DNA of 64,000 nucleotides from a virus (Duplodnaviria > Caudoviricetes): the IMG/VR virus record IMGVR_UViG_3300025018_000093. The stretch is one strand, 5' to 3'. This document shows, piece by piece, positions 38,681 through 49,300 of the stretch. The notes beneath the pieces were generated by a model. It was not told the origin of the DNA and did no database searches. It was given only the letters and a program-made list of their open reading frames with translations. The position numbers and the translations under genes were made by a program. Within the stretch, counting starts at the first letter, position 1, and the number at the start of each line of letters is the position of its first letter.

Positions 38681-41451
38681 CACAGATACCGGCAGAGCTG
38701 GCAGCGATCTACGCAAAGCTCCAGGGCATTCGCCAGAGGAAAGACCTCAAACTCAGACCCACACATCATCTTGTGGAGACGTTTCGAGGTCTTGATAAGG
38801 TCGAGCGTCCCTTGAAGCTGCGGTACTACCAGGTGCAAGGTGTGTTTCACCTGCTGGCGATGAAACGCTTTGTTCTGGGCGACGATACCGGGCTTGGGAA
38901 AACTTTGGAGACTATCGCAACGCTTTGCTACATCTGGGAAAAGGACCCCCAGCGCAAGGTTGTGATTCTCACGACCAAGTCTGCTGTGAACCAGTGGGCT
39001 AAGGAGTTCTCCCGGTTCACGAGGGAAGTGGACGTGACAGTTGTCAAGGCACTCACTCCAGTGAAGAGGGCCGCCGTGCGAGAAGCCTTCTACACGGCTC
39101 AAGGAAGTCATCCGCAAGTGCTGGTGATGAACTACGCTCTGGCCCGGACAGACTTCTCGTTTCTCCAAGAGTGGACAGATTACGTCCTGATTCTGGATGA
39201 ATGCTTCCACTATCACACTCCGGTTACTTTGGCGGATGGCACGATGGAGCTGATCGGGAAAATTGTATCCCAGAGACAGCCTGTTGAAGTGTTATCCTGG
39301 AATGTCGAGAAGGGCTGCGTAGAACCTTGTAAGGTCGTCGATTGGCATCGAAATCCGTTGGTACGAGGCAGCCGGAAAAGTCTTTTGAGTCTCTCGTTTC
39401 AGTATGGGGGCAACGTCCGGGTGACTCGGAACCATAAGTTTGCTCTTCTTGACGGGACTGAAGTGGAGGCAGGTAAGCTTCAAAAGGGAAGTTCCGTTTC
39501 TTTTCTCTGCCAGAGCACCCCCACGAAAGAGCAGTGGCAGATAGTTCTGGGCGGCCTTCTCGGGGATTCCTGTCTTTCACACCCGGATCGAACTCTCTCC
39601 GGCGTGGTTTTCTGTCATTCTGAAAAACAACAGACCTACCTGGAATACAAGAGAGAGGTTCTGTCTTCGCTGGGGGTCTCTGAGATCCGATTCGAGCCCT
39701 CCGGGTATAATGCGGACGCGGCGAAGGTGGGGCGATTTCGTTTACATGGAAATCCAGCTTTAGCTTCCTTTTTCGAGTCGGCTAGGATCTGGTCGGGTAA
39801 GAGAAAAAGAGTAACCTTATCGTGGCTGGACCGCATTAACCCTCTCGGGCTTGCTGTTTGGTATGCTGACGATGGGTCTTTAAGCACGCACACCACCCTT
39901 GAAGGAGTAGATAGATACAGTATTTCGATACACACTTCTGGGTTCTCCCTCGCAGAGCAAGAGCTTTTATGTGGGTGGCTCAGATGGAAATGGGGAGTTC
40001 ATGCAGAGATTAAGAGCACGAAAGAAAGATCGGACAGAGAGGGTGTTTCACGGAAATCCTACCCGTACCTGTACCTTCCGCATGACTCTGCGGTGCTATT
40101 CCTATCTCTGCTCCCAGGAGCTTTCCCCGGAGTGGAATACAAGTTTCCTGGCCGGAATCTGCTAAACTTAGGGTTGCAAACTCCTGTGCTCTCGCTAATA
40201 CTCGATCACGTTGTCGAAAAGAAGGTCTGGGAGCCGGCGGGAAACAGTTCCAAGTACGTGTACAATTTGGAAGTTGAGGGAAATCACAACTACTTTGCGA
40301 ATGGGCTACTGGTTACCAACTGCACCGCCGTCAAGAATCCTAGTGCCCAGATACACAAGGTCTGCAAACATCTAGCGGGAAAAGCCCAGCGGGTGTGGGG
40401 TCTCACTGCAACACTCATCAAGAACAACCTGATTGAAGGGTACGGCATCTACAAAGTAGTTGCTCCCTGGGTGTTCGAGATGAGCAAGACAGACTTCATG
40501 CGTCATTTTTGCGTGACGAAGATGCAGCGGATTGCGGGAAGCAATCGCCAAATCCCTGTTGTGGTGGGGTACCGTAAGAAAGACATTCTCCGATTCAAAG
40601 AGACCATTGACCCCTACTTCATTGGGAGAGCCAAGCACGATGTTGACGATGAGCTTCCCACACTTCTCTGCCATCAGGTGGATGTGGGGCTCACCAGTGC
40701 CCAGCAGGAGCTATATGCGGAAGCTTTGTCTGGGGTGCTCCAGGTGGGGGAGGGGGACAACGCCGACCACAAGGAGGTTTCCCAGCTCACTGCAATCATC
40801 TACTGCCAGCAGGTAGTGAACCATCCGAGTTTGCTTTCTCGGGAGGGGGACTCCAAGAAGTTCGAGGCTCTCCTCGATATGCTTACAGAGGGAGACTTAG
40901 CGGACGAGAAAGTGATCGTGTTCTCTCGGTTCCGCAAGATGATTGATCTCATCGCCCCGGCGCTGAATGCTCGACACAAGGGCAAGAAGAAGTATTGTGT
41001 GCGTATCACTGGGGCGGAGACCTCTTTGGAACGAGAGGAAGCGCAGGATGCTTTCCAGGACTTGGAGTCGGATACACGGGTGGTCTGCATTACGATGGCG
41101 GGGTCGGATGCGATCAACTTGCAAGCCGCTAAGGCGATCATCTTCTATGACACCCCTTGGTCTGCAGGAGACTATTTGCAGATTTTGGGTCGAATGATTC
41201 GAATTGGTTCTCTGCACAAGAGTGTCTTTGCCATCCACCTTATCTCCCGTGATACCGTAGACGACCGCGTGATGGCGGTGCTACTCTCCAAGATGGGACT
41301 CGTCGAAAGCGTGCTCGGGAAAAAGCTCAAGGGCTTGGAAAATGATGGGGACCCCTTCCAGATCGCTCAGGAGAGTGGGACCAAACAATTGTTCGAGTCT
41401 CTTTGGGAAGACGCTTCGAAGCTAGCAAAGAGGGCGAAGGGTGGAGTATAA
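38677..41451 (+). CDS. SNF2/SWI2-family (SF2) helicase, intein-containing (551 aa after splicing)
   Basis: GDDTGLGKT, VNQWAKEF, LILDE|CTAVKN (rejoined), GLTAT, KVIVFSRF, INLQAA and QILGRMIRIG are SNF2 motifs I-VI. Confidence 0.9.
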   Translation: MTQIPAELAAIYAKLQGIRQRKDLKLRPTHHLVETFRGLDKVERPLKLRYYQVQGVFHLLAMKRFVLGDDTGLGKTLETIATLCYIWEKDPQRKVVILTTKSAVNQWAKEFSRFTREVDVTVVKALTPVKRAAVREAFYTAQGSHPQVLVMNYALARTDFSFLQEWTDYVLILDECFHYHTPVTLADGTMELIGKIVSQRQPVEVLSWNVEKGCVEPCKVVDWHRNPLVRGSRKSLLSLSFQYGGNVRVTRNHKFALLDGTEVEAGKLQKGSSVSFLCQSTPTKEQWQIVLGGLLGDSCLSHPDRTLSGVVFCHSEKQQTYLEYKREVLSSLGVSEIRFEPSGYNADAAKVGRFRLHGNPALASFFESARIWSGKRKRVTLSWLDRINPLGLAVWYADDGSLSTHTTLEGVDRYSISIHTSGFSLAEQELLCGWLRWKWGVHAEIKSTKERSDREGVSRKSYPYLYLPHDSAVLFLSLLPGAFPGVEYKFPGRNLLNLGLQTPVLSLILDHVVEKKVWEPAGNSSKYVYNLEVEGNHNYFANGLLVTNCTAVKNPSAQIHKVCKHLAGKAQRVWGLTATLIKNNLIEGYGIYKVVAPWVFEMSKTDFMRHFCVTKMQRIAGSNRQIPVVVGYRKKDILRFKETIDPYFIGRAKHDVDDELPTLLCHQVDVGLTSAQQELYAEALSGVLQVGEGDNADHKEVSQLTAIIYCQQVVNHPSLLSREGDSKKFEALLDMLTEGDLADEKVIVFSRFRKMIDLIAPALNARHKGKKKYCVRITGAETSLEREEAQDAFQDLESDTRVVCITMAGSDAINLQAAKAIIFYDTPWSAGDYLQILGRMIRIGSLHKSVFAIHLISRDTVDDRVMAVLLSKMGLVESVLGKKLKGLENDGDPFQIAQESGTKQLFESLWEDASKLAKRAKGGV
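39202..40320 (+). mobile_element. Intein (373 aa) with LAGLIDADG endonuclease, in the SNF2 Walker B motif
   Basis: Starts CFHYHTPVTLADG, block B VTRNHKF, LGGLLGDS and LAVWYADDGS motifs, ends YNLEVEGNHNYFANGLLVTN followed by +1 Cys. Confidence 0.92.
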
Positions 41452-41492
41452 CCTTCGGGAAGTGCTGGAGACCCTTTCGGTAAGGTGGTTTG

Positions 41493-42455
41493 ATGACAAA
41501 GCGAGTTCCCTTTGACAAGACAGGGACGCCTGTTCGCAACGCAGACTACGCGCCCACGTATGACTACGTGGGGGATGGTAAACGAGATTGTCCAGATTGC
41601 GGGGGTCGCGGAGTGGTGCGTGTGAAGGAGGAAAATTGCAAAACTCCGGTCTTCATGAACTGCCGCTGCGTGCAAGCTCGTATCGTTGCCTACAACGTGG
41701 AGAGGGCCTGGAAAGGTTTGATGCGAGCACCCCGTATTGAATCCTCCCCACTGCTGGAGTACACGAGATCAAACATGTGGGTGCGCGGGCGCCAGCTAAC
41801 TTTCCAGAAACACCTGAAGCACGTAGCTATTCGGCACATCGCCAAGTACGGTCCTTGGTTTTTCAAGGTGGCTACTGACGCAGACCTGATAACCGCCTGG
41901 CTGGCGACCACCATCCTGCGGGGTGGGGAGATTTACGACCCCGATGCGCAGAACCCCTCTATGGAGCACTTGACCCTAGTGGACCTGATACTCCCTCCTG
42001 ACCTGCTGATCATCCATCTGGGCATCAAAAGAGCATCCAACAAAGAGATGGCGGGGGTTCTGCACGAAGCTTTGTCCACGAGATACCATGAGGACAAACC
42101 CACATGGTTGTTTGACCAACCCTATGCTCCCCTCGCTCCCGGCCACCTCTGCTACGATATGTCCCTGGAGGACTCCCTGGCAATGTGGGGGTACAAGGGT
42201 CCTGTGCAGATTGGAGCAGAGGAAGAGGACGTGCCCAAGTATGGGTTCTTCGAGCTTCATGGGGGAGACGAGGGTGAGACTGAGGAACCGACCCCGGTAC
42301 GAAAGTCAACGTCGCGGGGTACAGCGGAAGAGAGTGGGGGCGGTGACCTCTCGGAAGCCTTCTTCGGGGGTGGGACCGCTCCCAGGTACAATAACGAGAG
42401 TGAGGGCAAGAGTAAGGGCAAGAGTAAGGGCAAGGGCGGTAAGGGACAGCGATAA
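41493..42455 (+). CDS. DnaC/IstB-like helicase-loader homologue with degenerate ATPase motifs
   Basis: N-terminal CPDCGGRG...CRC. PDLLIIHLG resembles Walker B DLLIIDDLG, and LHEALSTRYHEDKPTWL is DnaC-like. Directly upstream of dnaB. No GK[ST]. Confidence 0.6.
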   Translation: MTKRVPFDKTGTPVRNADYAPTYDYVGDGKRDCPDCGGRGVVRVKEENCKTPVFMNCRCVQARIVAYNVERAWKGLMRAPRIESSPLLEYTRSNMWVRGRQLTFQKHLKHVAIRHIAKYGPWFFKVATDADLITAWLATTILRGGEIYDPDAQNPSMEHLTLVDLILPPDLLIIHLGIKRASNKEMAGVLHEALSTRYHEDKPTWLFDQPYAPLAPGHLCYDMSLEDSLAMWGYKGPVQIGAEEEDVPKYGFFELHGGDEGETEEPTPVRKSTSRGTAEESGGGDLSEAFFGGGTAPRYNNESEGKSKGKSKGKGGKGQR

Positions 42456-42467
42456 CGAGGAGAAGGG

Positions 42468-45281
42468 ATGCAAACTTTACTTCGCTCAACCTTCAGAGCG
42501 GACCCACGAGATGATGCTAACTTGCTCCTGAGCAATGCTCTGGAGTTACGGCAAGCCAGGCTAGAGTTCCTCACCCCGGAGCACTCTGCTGTGTGGTCGT
42601 TCGTGGAGGCGTTTGTCTCCGACCACAACCATGTGCCCGATATCTCTTCCCTGCAACTCCACTTCACGCAAACGGAGCCGGACCCCGACGTTATCAATCA
42701 GCTCCAGCTACTTCGTAGTCTGCCTGCCATCACACGCGGGGACTTCAAGAAACGACTGACGATCAAGGTAGAGGAGCTTAAGACAAGAGAGGTAGAGGAG
42801 CTTCTCAGTTACGCCAACATCATCAATCGCAAGGGGGTCGAGGAGAAGGAAGAGGGGCAACGGGGTCGCGGGAGAATCCTGAAGGGGTATCGAGATGCAC
42901 TGCAGCATATCACTCGGAAGTCCCTGGACATTATCCGGCCCACTGCGGGTGTTCGCAAGGAAGGTGAGGTCACGACTGACACGCACCTGTTCATTGAGGA
43001 TTACGACCGCAGAAAGAACGATCCAACATATGGCAAGGGACAGCTCTGCGGGCTTCCGCAGATAGATGAAACTACGGGTGGAGCGAGAAAGGACCAGCTC
43101 TGGACACATGCTGCCTTCACGGGAGAGCTGAAGTGCTTGACCTCAGAGACCCTTATTCAGGATGCGGAGACAGGTACTTTTTCTACTATTGAGGAACTAT
43201 ACAGGGGAGGACTTCGTCCCTTGGTACAATGCCTTGATGAAGTAAAGTGGGAAACAACGTATGCTCGTGTGGGGCATGTCGAGCAGAATGCCAGGGTACC
43301 AATTTTCAAGATTACGACTAACGCAGGTCGGGTGATTAGGGCATCGGGTAACCATCCTTTCCTGACCGTAACGGGATGGAAAAATGCGGAGGACCTCAAT
43401 ACAGAGCAGGACTTCCTGGCTATCCCTGAGAAGTGGTCTACCCTCCCCTTAGAGAGTACCCTTCGGGATGAGGAAGTGAAACTTCTCGGCTATCTCCTCG
43501 GAGATGGATGCCTGAAGGGGTACATCGACTTTACCAACACCAACCCCAGCATCCAGGAGGACTTTGTCCAATGTTTGGAGGCTTTGGGATACGCAGAACG
43601 TACACAAGCAAATGTAAATCAGCCCACGTACCATTGTATTGCAGACCGTTCGTGCTACCGAGTCTCGCATAACCTTGGGGATCGCTTTCATCCTAACCGT
43701 GTTTCTCCGCTGAGAGTTCTTCTGGAGAATCTCGGCCTTTGGGGTCGGGGATCTTACGAGAAACACATTCCAAGGACTCTTTGGCAAACATCCGATGCAC
43801 AGATTTGGATGCTTTTAGGGGCGCTTTGGGCGACGGATGGAAGCATTTCTACCCGGAGGTACTGCGGGAAGCGCAAGGTAAATCTTTACTATGCCTCCGT
43901 GAGTGAGAGCCTCGCTCGGGATGTGTATCACCTTCTGCACCGTGTAGGTGTACAAGCAACCGTTCGACGGCATGCCTTGCAGTACAAAAATAGTACCAGA
44001 CATTGCTGGCAGGTCAAAGTCATGTCCTGTTCCTGGTGGAGGTTTCTAACCTACTGCCACCCGGCAGGTAAGGTCGATCAAATGGCTACTGTTTTGGAGG
44101 TACTCTCGAAAGAACAGAGAGACCCTCGTATGCCATCCTCTTTGCTGAAAGATGTGGATGATAGTGTTCGCTGGTGGACCAAAGCAGGGGGGTGGAGATA
44201 CGCCCGCTGGGCAAAGAGACGCAAGACCCTGTTGCGAGGAACCCTACACGAGGTGGCTAAGAAACTTGGAAGTGCAGAGTTGCTTCGTAAATGTGAGGGA
44301 GATATTCTTTGGGAGAAGGTTGAATCTGTCGACCCCGATGGTGTCGAGATGACATATGATCTGAGTGTTCCTGCGGTTGGGAACTTTGTGGCAAATGGAT
44401 TCCTCGTCCACAACAGTACGTTTGCTTTCAACTGGGTCTACAACCAGGCCATCTACTTTGGTGAGAGTTCCTGCTACTTCAGCCTGGAAATGCCCTATGA
44501 GCAGTGTCAGCGCATCATCTACACGATGCATTCCATGCACGAGAAGTTTCGTGACGTGCGGATGGCATTGGGACTACAGAAGGATCCCGATAATGCTGTT
44601 CCTCTGACCTACCATTACATCCGGGATGGGAAGTTGCCCCCGAATGAGGAGCGTTTCCTGAAGGAGTTCGTGCTGCCCGACCTGGAGGAGGGGGCCGCCA
44701 ACGGAATCTATGGGAAGATGCACTTCCGAGGGTATGACCCTGACAGTGATTACTTCCGCATCTCCGATATGCGAGCGAAGGCAGAGACGCTGTACCGGGA
44801 GAGTTCTTTCTCTCTTCTGGTCGCAGACCACGTTCTCTTGATTGACGCCAAGAAAAACCATCGAAGCACGACGGAGTCTGCCAATGAGGTAGTGCGGGAT
44901 CTGAAAAAGCTCTCCGAGGTCTTCAATGCTGGCGAGGGCATTGCTGTTCTGGCGTTGTTTCAAATCAGTCGTGAGGGAAAGAAGAGGGCGGACAAGGCTG
45001 AGGGACGGTACAGCCTATACGATCTGTCCTACTCGAATGAGATTGAGCGCAGCAGCGATGTTATCACGGGCAGCTACCTGAACGATGAGCTTCGCAAACG
45101 ATGCCGTGCCTTGTTCCAATTCTTGAAGTCCAGAGACGGTGGGATGTGTGACCCCTTCTACACTCGCGTCGACTGGCCCTCTCGCATGCTGTTCACCTGT
45201 CATGAACGGCCCGGGACGGAAGCAGAGTCTGTGGTAGAGGAAGTAGAGGGTACTCTCTATGAGGAGCTATTTGACCCCTGA
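42468..45281 (+). CDS. dnaB: Replicative DnaB-type (SF4) helicase, intein-containing (510 aa after splicing)
   Basis: Rejoined P-loop AFTGELK|ST, plus YFSLEMP, LLVADH, LFQISRE, SNEIERSSDVI and LKSRDG, which are DnaB motifs. Confidence 0.85.
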   Translation: MQTLLRSTFRADPRDDANLLLSNALELRQARLEFLTPEHSAVWSFVEAFVSDHNHVPDISSLQLHFTQTEPDPDVINQLQLLRSLPAITRGDFKKRLTIKVEELKTREVEELLSYANIINRKGVEEKEEGQRGRGRILKGYRDALQHITRKSLDIIRPTAGVRKEGEVTTDTHLFIEDYDRRKNDPTYGKGQLCGLPQIDETTGGARKDQLWTHAAFTGELKCLTSETLIQDAETGTFSTIEELYRGGLRPLVQCLDEVKWETTYARVGHVEQNARVPIFKITTNAGRVIRASGNHPFLTVTGWKNAEDLNTEQDFLAIPEKWSTLPLESTLRDEEVKLLGYLLGDGCLKGYIDFTNTNPSIQEDFVQCLEALGYAERTQANVNQPTYHCIADRSCYRVSHNLGDRFHPNRVSPLRVLLENLGLWGRGSYEKHIPRTLWQTSDAQIWMLLGALWATDGSISTRRYCGKRKVNLYYASVSESLARDVYHLLHRVGVQATVRRHALQYKNSTRHCWQVKVMSCSWWRFLTYCHPAGKVDQMATVLEVLSKEQRDPRMPSSLLKDVDDSVRWWTKAGGWRYARWAKRRKTLLRGTLHEVAKKLGSAELLRKCEGDILWEKVESVDPDGVEMTYDLSVPAVGNFVANGFLVHNSTFAFNWVYNQAIYFGESSCYFSLEMPYEQCQRIIYTMHSMHEKFRDVRMALGLQKDPDNAVPLTYHYIRDGKLPPNEERFLKEFVLPDLEEGAANGIYGKMHFRGYDPDSDYFRISDMRAKAETLYRESSFSLLVADHVLLIDAKKNHRSTTESANEVVRDLKKLSEVFNAGEGIAVLALFQISREGKKRADKAEGRYSLYDLSYSNEIERSSDVITGSYLNDELRKRCRALFQFLKSRDGGMCDPFYTRVDWPSRMLFTCHERPGTEAESVVEEVEGTLYEELFDP
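43134..44414 (+). mobile_element. Intein (427 aa) with LAGLIDADG endonuclease, in the DnaB P-loop
   Basis: Starts CLTSETLIQD, block B RASGNHPFLT, LLGYLLGDG and LLGALWATDGS motifs, ends TYDLSVPAVGNFVANGFLVHN followed by +1 Ser. Confidence 0.93.
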
Positions 45282-45913
45282 TGCATGCCGAAGATGTAAA
45301 AGGTAGGATCAAGGAGAGAGTTGCCCGTATCCACAAGCATGTTCCGATCCTGGAGGTGCTTGCTCGTTACGGGTACACCATCCATGAGGATGCCGAAGGA
45401 CGAGAGCAGCAGTTCTCCTGTGACTTGCATGGAGATGGGCAGGACGGGAAGCCCTCCGCAAGAGTGTACCCTGCTTCCGCCTCCTGGTATTGCTTTGGGT
45501 GCAGTCTTTCTCGGGATGCTATCAAGACAGTGCAGGAGAAAGAGGGCCTTAGCTTCAGCCAGGCATGCTACAAGATTGAAGAGCGATTCAACCTCCCACA
45601 CCCGGCAAACTGGAACACAGGTGACTGGGACCAGGGGGAACGCTCAGAAGAAAACCCTGGAGACGTCATTAGGATTGACGAGACGACGACTTTCGAGTCC
45701 GAGGAAAGACAGACAGGGAACTTGCTCCTGTACTTGACGCGGGAGCGAATCTTGGAAAGGAAAGTTTGCCTGCTTCTCTGGGAGTTGTACGACCGAGCAG
45801 TCTGGAGTGTCCACAAGGAAGTTTGGTCGGAATCCCGTGGAAAGGAGGCTGTGGCGAAATTGCGAGCAAAGGCGATAGCGTTGGGCGCAAAGGCCCTGCA
45901 GGAGGCGTCGTGA
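45281..45913 (+). CDS. Stand-alone CHC2 zinc-finger (DnaG primase ZBD-like) protein lacking a TOPRIM domain
   Basis: VPILEVLARYG...FSCDLHGDGQDGKPSARVY...WYCFGC...DAIKTVQEKEGLSFSQA matches zf-CHC2. Only 210 aa. Confidence 0.8.
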   Translation: MHAEDVKGRIKERVARIHKHVPILEVLARYGYTIHEDAEGREQQFSCDLHGDGQDGKPSARVYPASASWYCFGCSLSRDAIKTVQEKEGLSFSQACYKIEERFNLPHPANWNTGDWDQGERSEENPGDVIRIDETTTFESEERQTGNLLLYLTRERILERKVCLLLWELYDRAVWSVHKEVWSESRGKEAVAKLRAKAIALGAKALQEAS

Positions 45914-46350
45914 GTGGACTCGTGCCGCTTCAAGTTGAAATCGACGCCTGGGGTACGTTTCGCTTCCTCCGTGCCCTTCCACAACGAGACAATGATTGGG
46001 GGTGTCTTGCTTTTTTCCAAGGTACCCCTTGGGAACGAATCGTAACTGTCGTACCAGGGGAAGCGCTCTCCCATGCACTTCAGGGTCACCCGTGGCCTCT
46101 TCTTAGGAGTCTAGGACCGAGCCCGGATGAGCTTTGCAAGCAGCTCCCCCCGGAAACGGGGTGTGCTTATCTCCTCGACAAGAGTTGCCACACAAGGGAT
46201 GCCAAGCGTTGCCTTCCCGGAAGTAAACTCCCAACTTGCTACAAGTCGACGTTGGAAGGGGAGCAAGCAATTGTAGTCTATGAGGTCGCTCTTGCACTAC
46301 GTGAGGGGCGCTACATTCTTGTCACCGAAGGGAAAACCTTCACGTTGTGA
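45910..46350 (+). CDS. Hypothetical protein with Cx7Cx7Cx8C cluster (146 aa)
   Basis: GTG 45910 overlaps the upstream TGA and is preceded by GGAGG. Its stop overlaps the polymerase start. Confidence 0.65.
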   Translation: MSGLVPLQVEIDAWGTFRFLRALPQRDNDWGCLAFFQGTPWERIVTVVPGEALSHALQGHPWPLLRSLGPSPDELCKQLPPETGCAYLLDKSCHTRDAKRCLPGSKLPTCYKSTLEGEQAIVVYEVALALREGRYILVTEGKTFTL

Positions 46351-49300
46351 GGAAGAGCATGCTTCCGTCCCGAATGCTACCTGCCAAAAAGATAGACGTC
46401 CAACTCAAACCTTGGATGGACGACTATAGCTTTGCTCTGGTGACCACCGAGAACATCAACCAGGTGGTCGAAGAGTGCATTGCAGCAGGTGTCTATGGAC
46501 TTGACCTGGAGACTACAAGTCTCGATACGCGGATCTTCCCTCGGACTACAGAGAACGGAAGTGTGCAGGAGGTCACCACGGACATCGTGGGTATCTGCCT
46601 GTCACCAGGAAAGAAACGGAGCTACTATCTCCCCATCCTGCACCGCCCCAACGGGGTACCCTCTCCGCACAACGTACCCTTCTCTGTCTGGGATGTTGCG
46701 GTTCGACGTCTGCTGCAATCCTCTGCAAAGCCTGTTGTCCACAACTGCAAGTTCGAGGGTGAGATCCTGAGCTTCCCCAAGGGGTCTGCCGCGTTTGGGG
46801 ATTGGGATGACCTGAAGTGGTGGGAAGACACACAGATCCTGGCATACCTGGAAGACAGCAATCGCAAGGCTCTCGGACTCAAAGCTTTGTCGAAAGAGTT
46901 CCTGGGGAGGGAGCAGATCGAGTTGGATGAGCTGTTTCCCCCGAAAACCACTCGTCTGGACTACTCCTTGTTGAACCCAGCGGACCCAGCGGTCCTCGCT
47001 TACGGTTGTAGCGATGCCGTGTGCACTTTGGAGTTGTACTATGTGCTGAAAGACCGAGCTGTTGACATGGAGGGGTCCGAGGGGAAGTTCAATCAGAACT
47101 TCATCCTAGGCTTGGAGAAGCTGTGCGTTCCTGCGATTCGCTGGATGGAGCGGGCTCGCCTCCCGATTGACTTGAACCTGGCTGCCGAGTTCATGCGCAA
47201 GGCCAGGTTGGAGTTGATGGAGTCCCTCAAGGAACTGTACAGAGGAGCCTCCGAGATCCTGGGTCGTGACATCATGCCACTGTCCTTCTACTTTGTCTGC
47301 CAGGAATGGGAATTCAATCCTGCTTGGCGAGACATTCAGGAGGATGAGAGCCAGGATGCACGGTCTCTTCGGGATCTGTTTGACGAGTGCAAGCGTAAGG
47401 CAGATGATTACCAGAAGAGATACCGGAAAAGTGACCTATCGATCCTGAAGGACTGTGACGACAATCCAGAGCTAGAAGTTCTGTTGAAGAGAGAGCCCCC
47501 ACCCCCTCGCTCTTTCGGGAAAGACACCATCATACTCCAGGCTGAGTATGATGTAATGTCACCCACCCAGCTAGGGAAACTCCTGTTTGACTTGGGGGTG
47601 AAGGGTCTCCACAAAACCGACTCGGGACAGATACAGACCAGCAAAGAAGTTCTGGACGAGGTTATCGAGAACAACCAGGACACGCTTCCTTTCATGAAGC
47701 GAGTCAAGATGTTCCGGGGGAATGAGCAGGCCCTCAAGAATCTGGTCAGCATCTGGAAGGATACGGATCGAAGAGATAACAGCCTTCGCATCAGCTTTCG
47801 GGCTTATGCCGCCGGCACAGGGCGTTTCAGCTCCAAGGGTGATAAGAATCCAGAGGCCACCGGGGGCACAAAGTTCAACCTCCAATCCATGCCGGCAGGT
47901 AAGGATCCTCGGAGCCCAGAAGCTTTGCTTCGCATTCGCGAGTGCATCCGTGCCCGTGATGGCAAAGTCATGGTGGTCATCGACTTCTCTGGTGTCGAGC
48001 TGCGTATCCTTGCAAACATGGCCGGGGAAACGAAGTGGATTGACCAGTTCTTTCTATGCAGTGATTGCAAGCTGGTCTTCAACCGGGATACGGTCCCACC
48101 GAAGTTCTGTCCCCGCTGCGGATCTGACAAGATTGGGGATATCCACACCCTGACAGCTATCCAGATTTACGGGGCGGACGCTCCGTCAAAGCCGGAGTGG
48201 AAGGTTTATCGCGCACGAGGCAAGAACACGAACTTCGCGTTGAACTATGGGGGTGGCCCGCAGGCAATCCAACGGCAGACAGGAACCTCTTCGAACGAAT
48301 CGCATCGTATCCACAAGAAGTTCAAGTCTTCCTATGACTTCCTGACGAAGTGGCAGGGCAATCGTGTGGCCTTTGCCAAGAAGCATGGGTACGTGATGAC
48401 TGCGTTCACACGTCGCTATCGTGTGCCCGACATCGCTCACGAAATCCCTTGGATTCGGGGAAAAGCAGAACGCAATTCCATCAACTCCCCCATCCAGGGG
48501 ACCTCGGCGGACATCACCAAATTGGCGATGGGGCTGGTGTACAAGAAGTGCAAGCAAGCAGGTTGGTTGGACAAGGTTCACATGCTTTTGACCATGCATG
48601 ATGAGTTGGTCTTCGAGGTGGACACGGACATTCTCGAAGAAGCGGTCGACATGTTTGTGAATGTGATGTGCGACAATGCGGCGATACGTGCTCGAAAGTG
48701 GCCTGTCCCCTTGACGGTGGATGTAGAGCTGGGGGTGTCGTGGAAAGCCAAGATCAACCTGGAGGGGGTGAGGTACTCTGTCCAGTTGCGTCGTTTGCTC
48801 CAGAGACCCGGGCAATCGGATGAGGAGATCAAAAAGCTTCTGCGCTGCGTGAATGGGTTCTACGGGGGTCCTGCTGGGGTCCGTAAAAGTCTCAAGTCTT
48901 TCGAGGACATTCAATGGCCAGAGCTTATCCGTCCCCATTTCAAGAGCGGACGGGAGGAGAAGCCCTTTACGGTAGAGGAGCGACAAGCACTTGCGCATGC
49001 CTGGGCGCTCTACTTTGGGGAAGCAGACGTAGCGGTACCCTCCGCCGCAGAGGAGCCCCAAACAGACGTCATCGAGATCGCCCCCACTCCGTCGCTCACC
49101 TCCCTTGCAGACCCCATTCCGGCAACCCCTGCCCTTGACAAGGATACTTCTCCTGCGACTTTCGAGTACCGTGTTCCCCAGCTATCCATCAGCTCTTCCC
49201 AGGCGCTGGCAGCGGTGTTGGTGGCCTGCCAGGGTACGGGAAAGCATCGTCTGGTTCTCATTGCACCCTCTGGGGAGGTACTACAAGGGTGGGATTCTTG

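Noticed and set aside
42403-42434. 12-bp SKGK repeats at the end of the loader-like gene
   Set aside because: A short low-complexity basic tail with no evidence of separate function.
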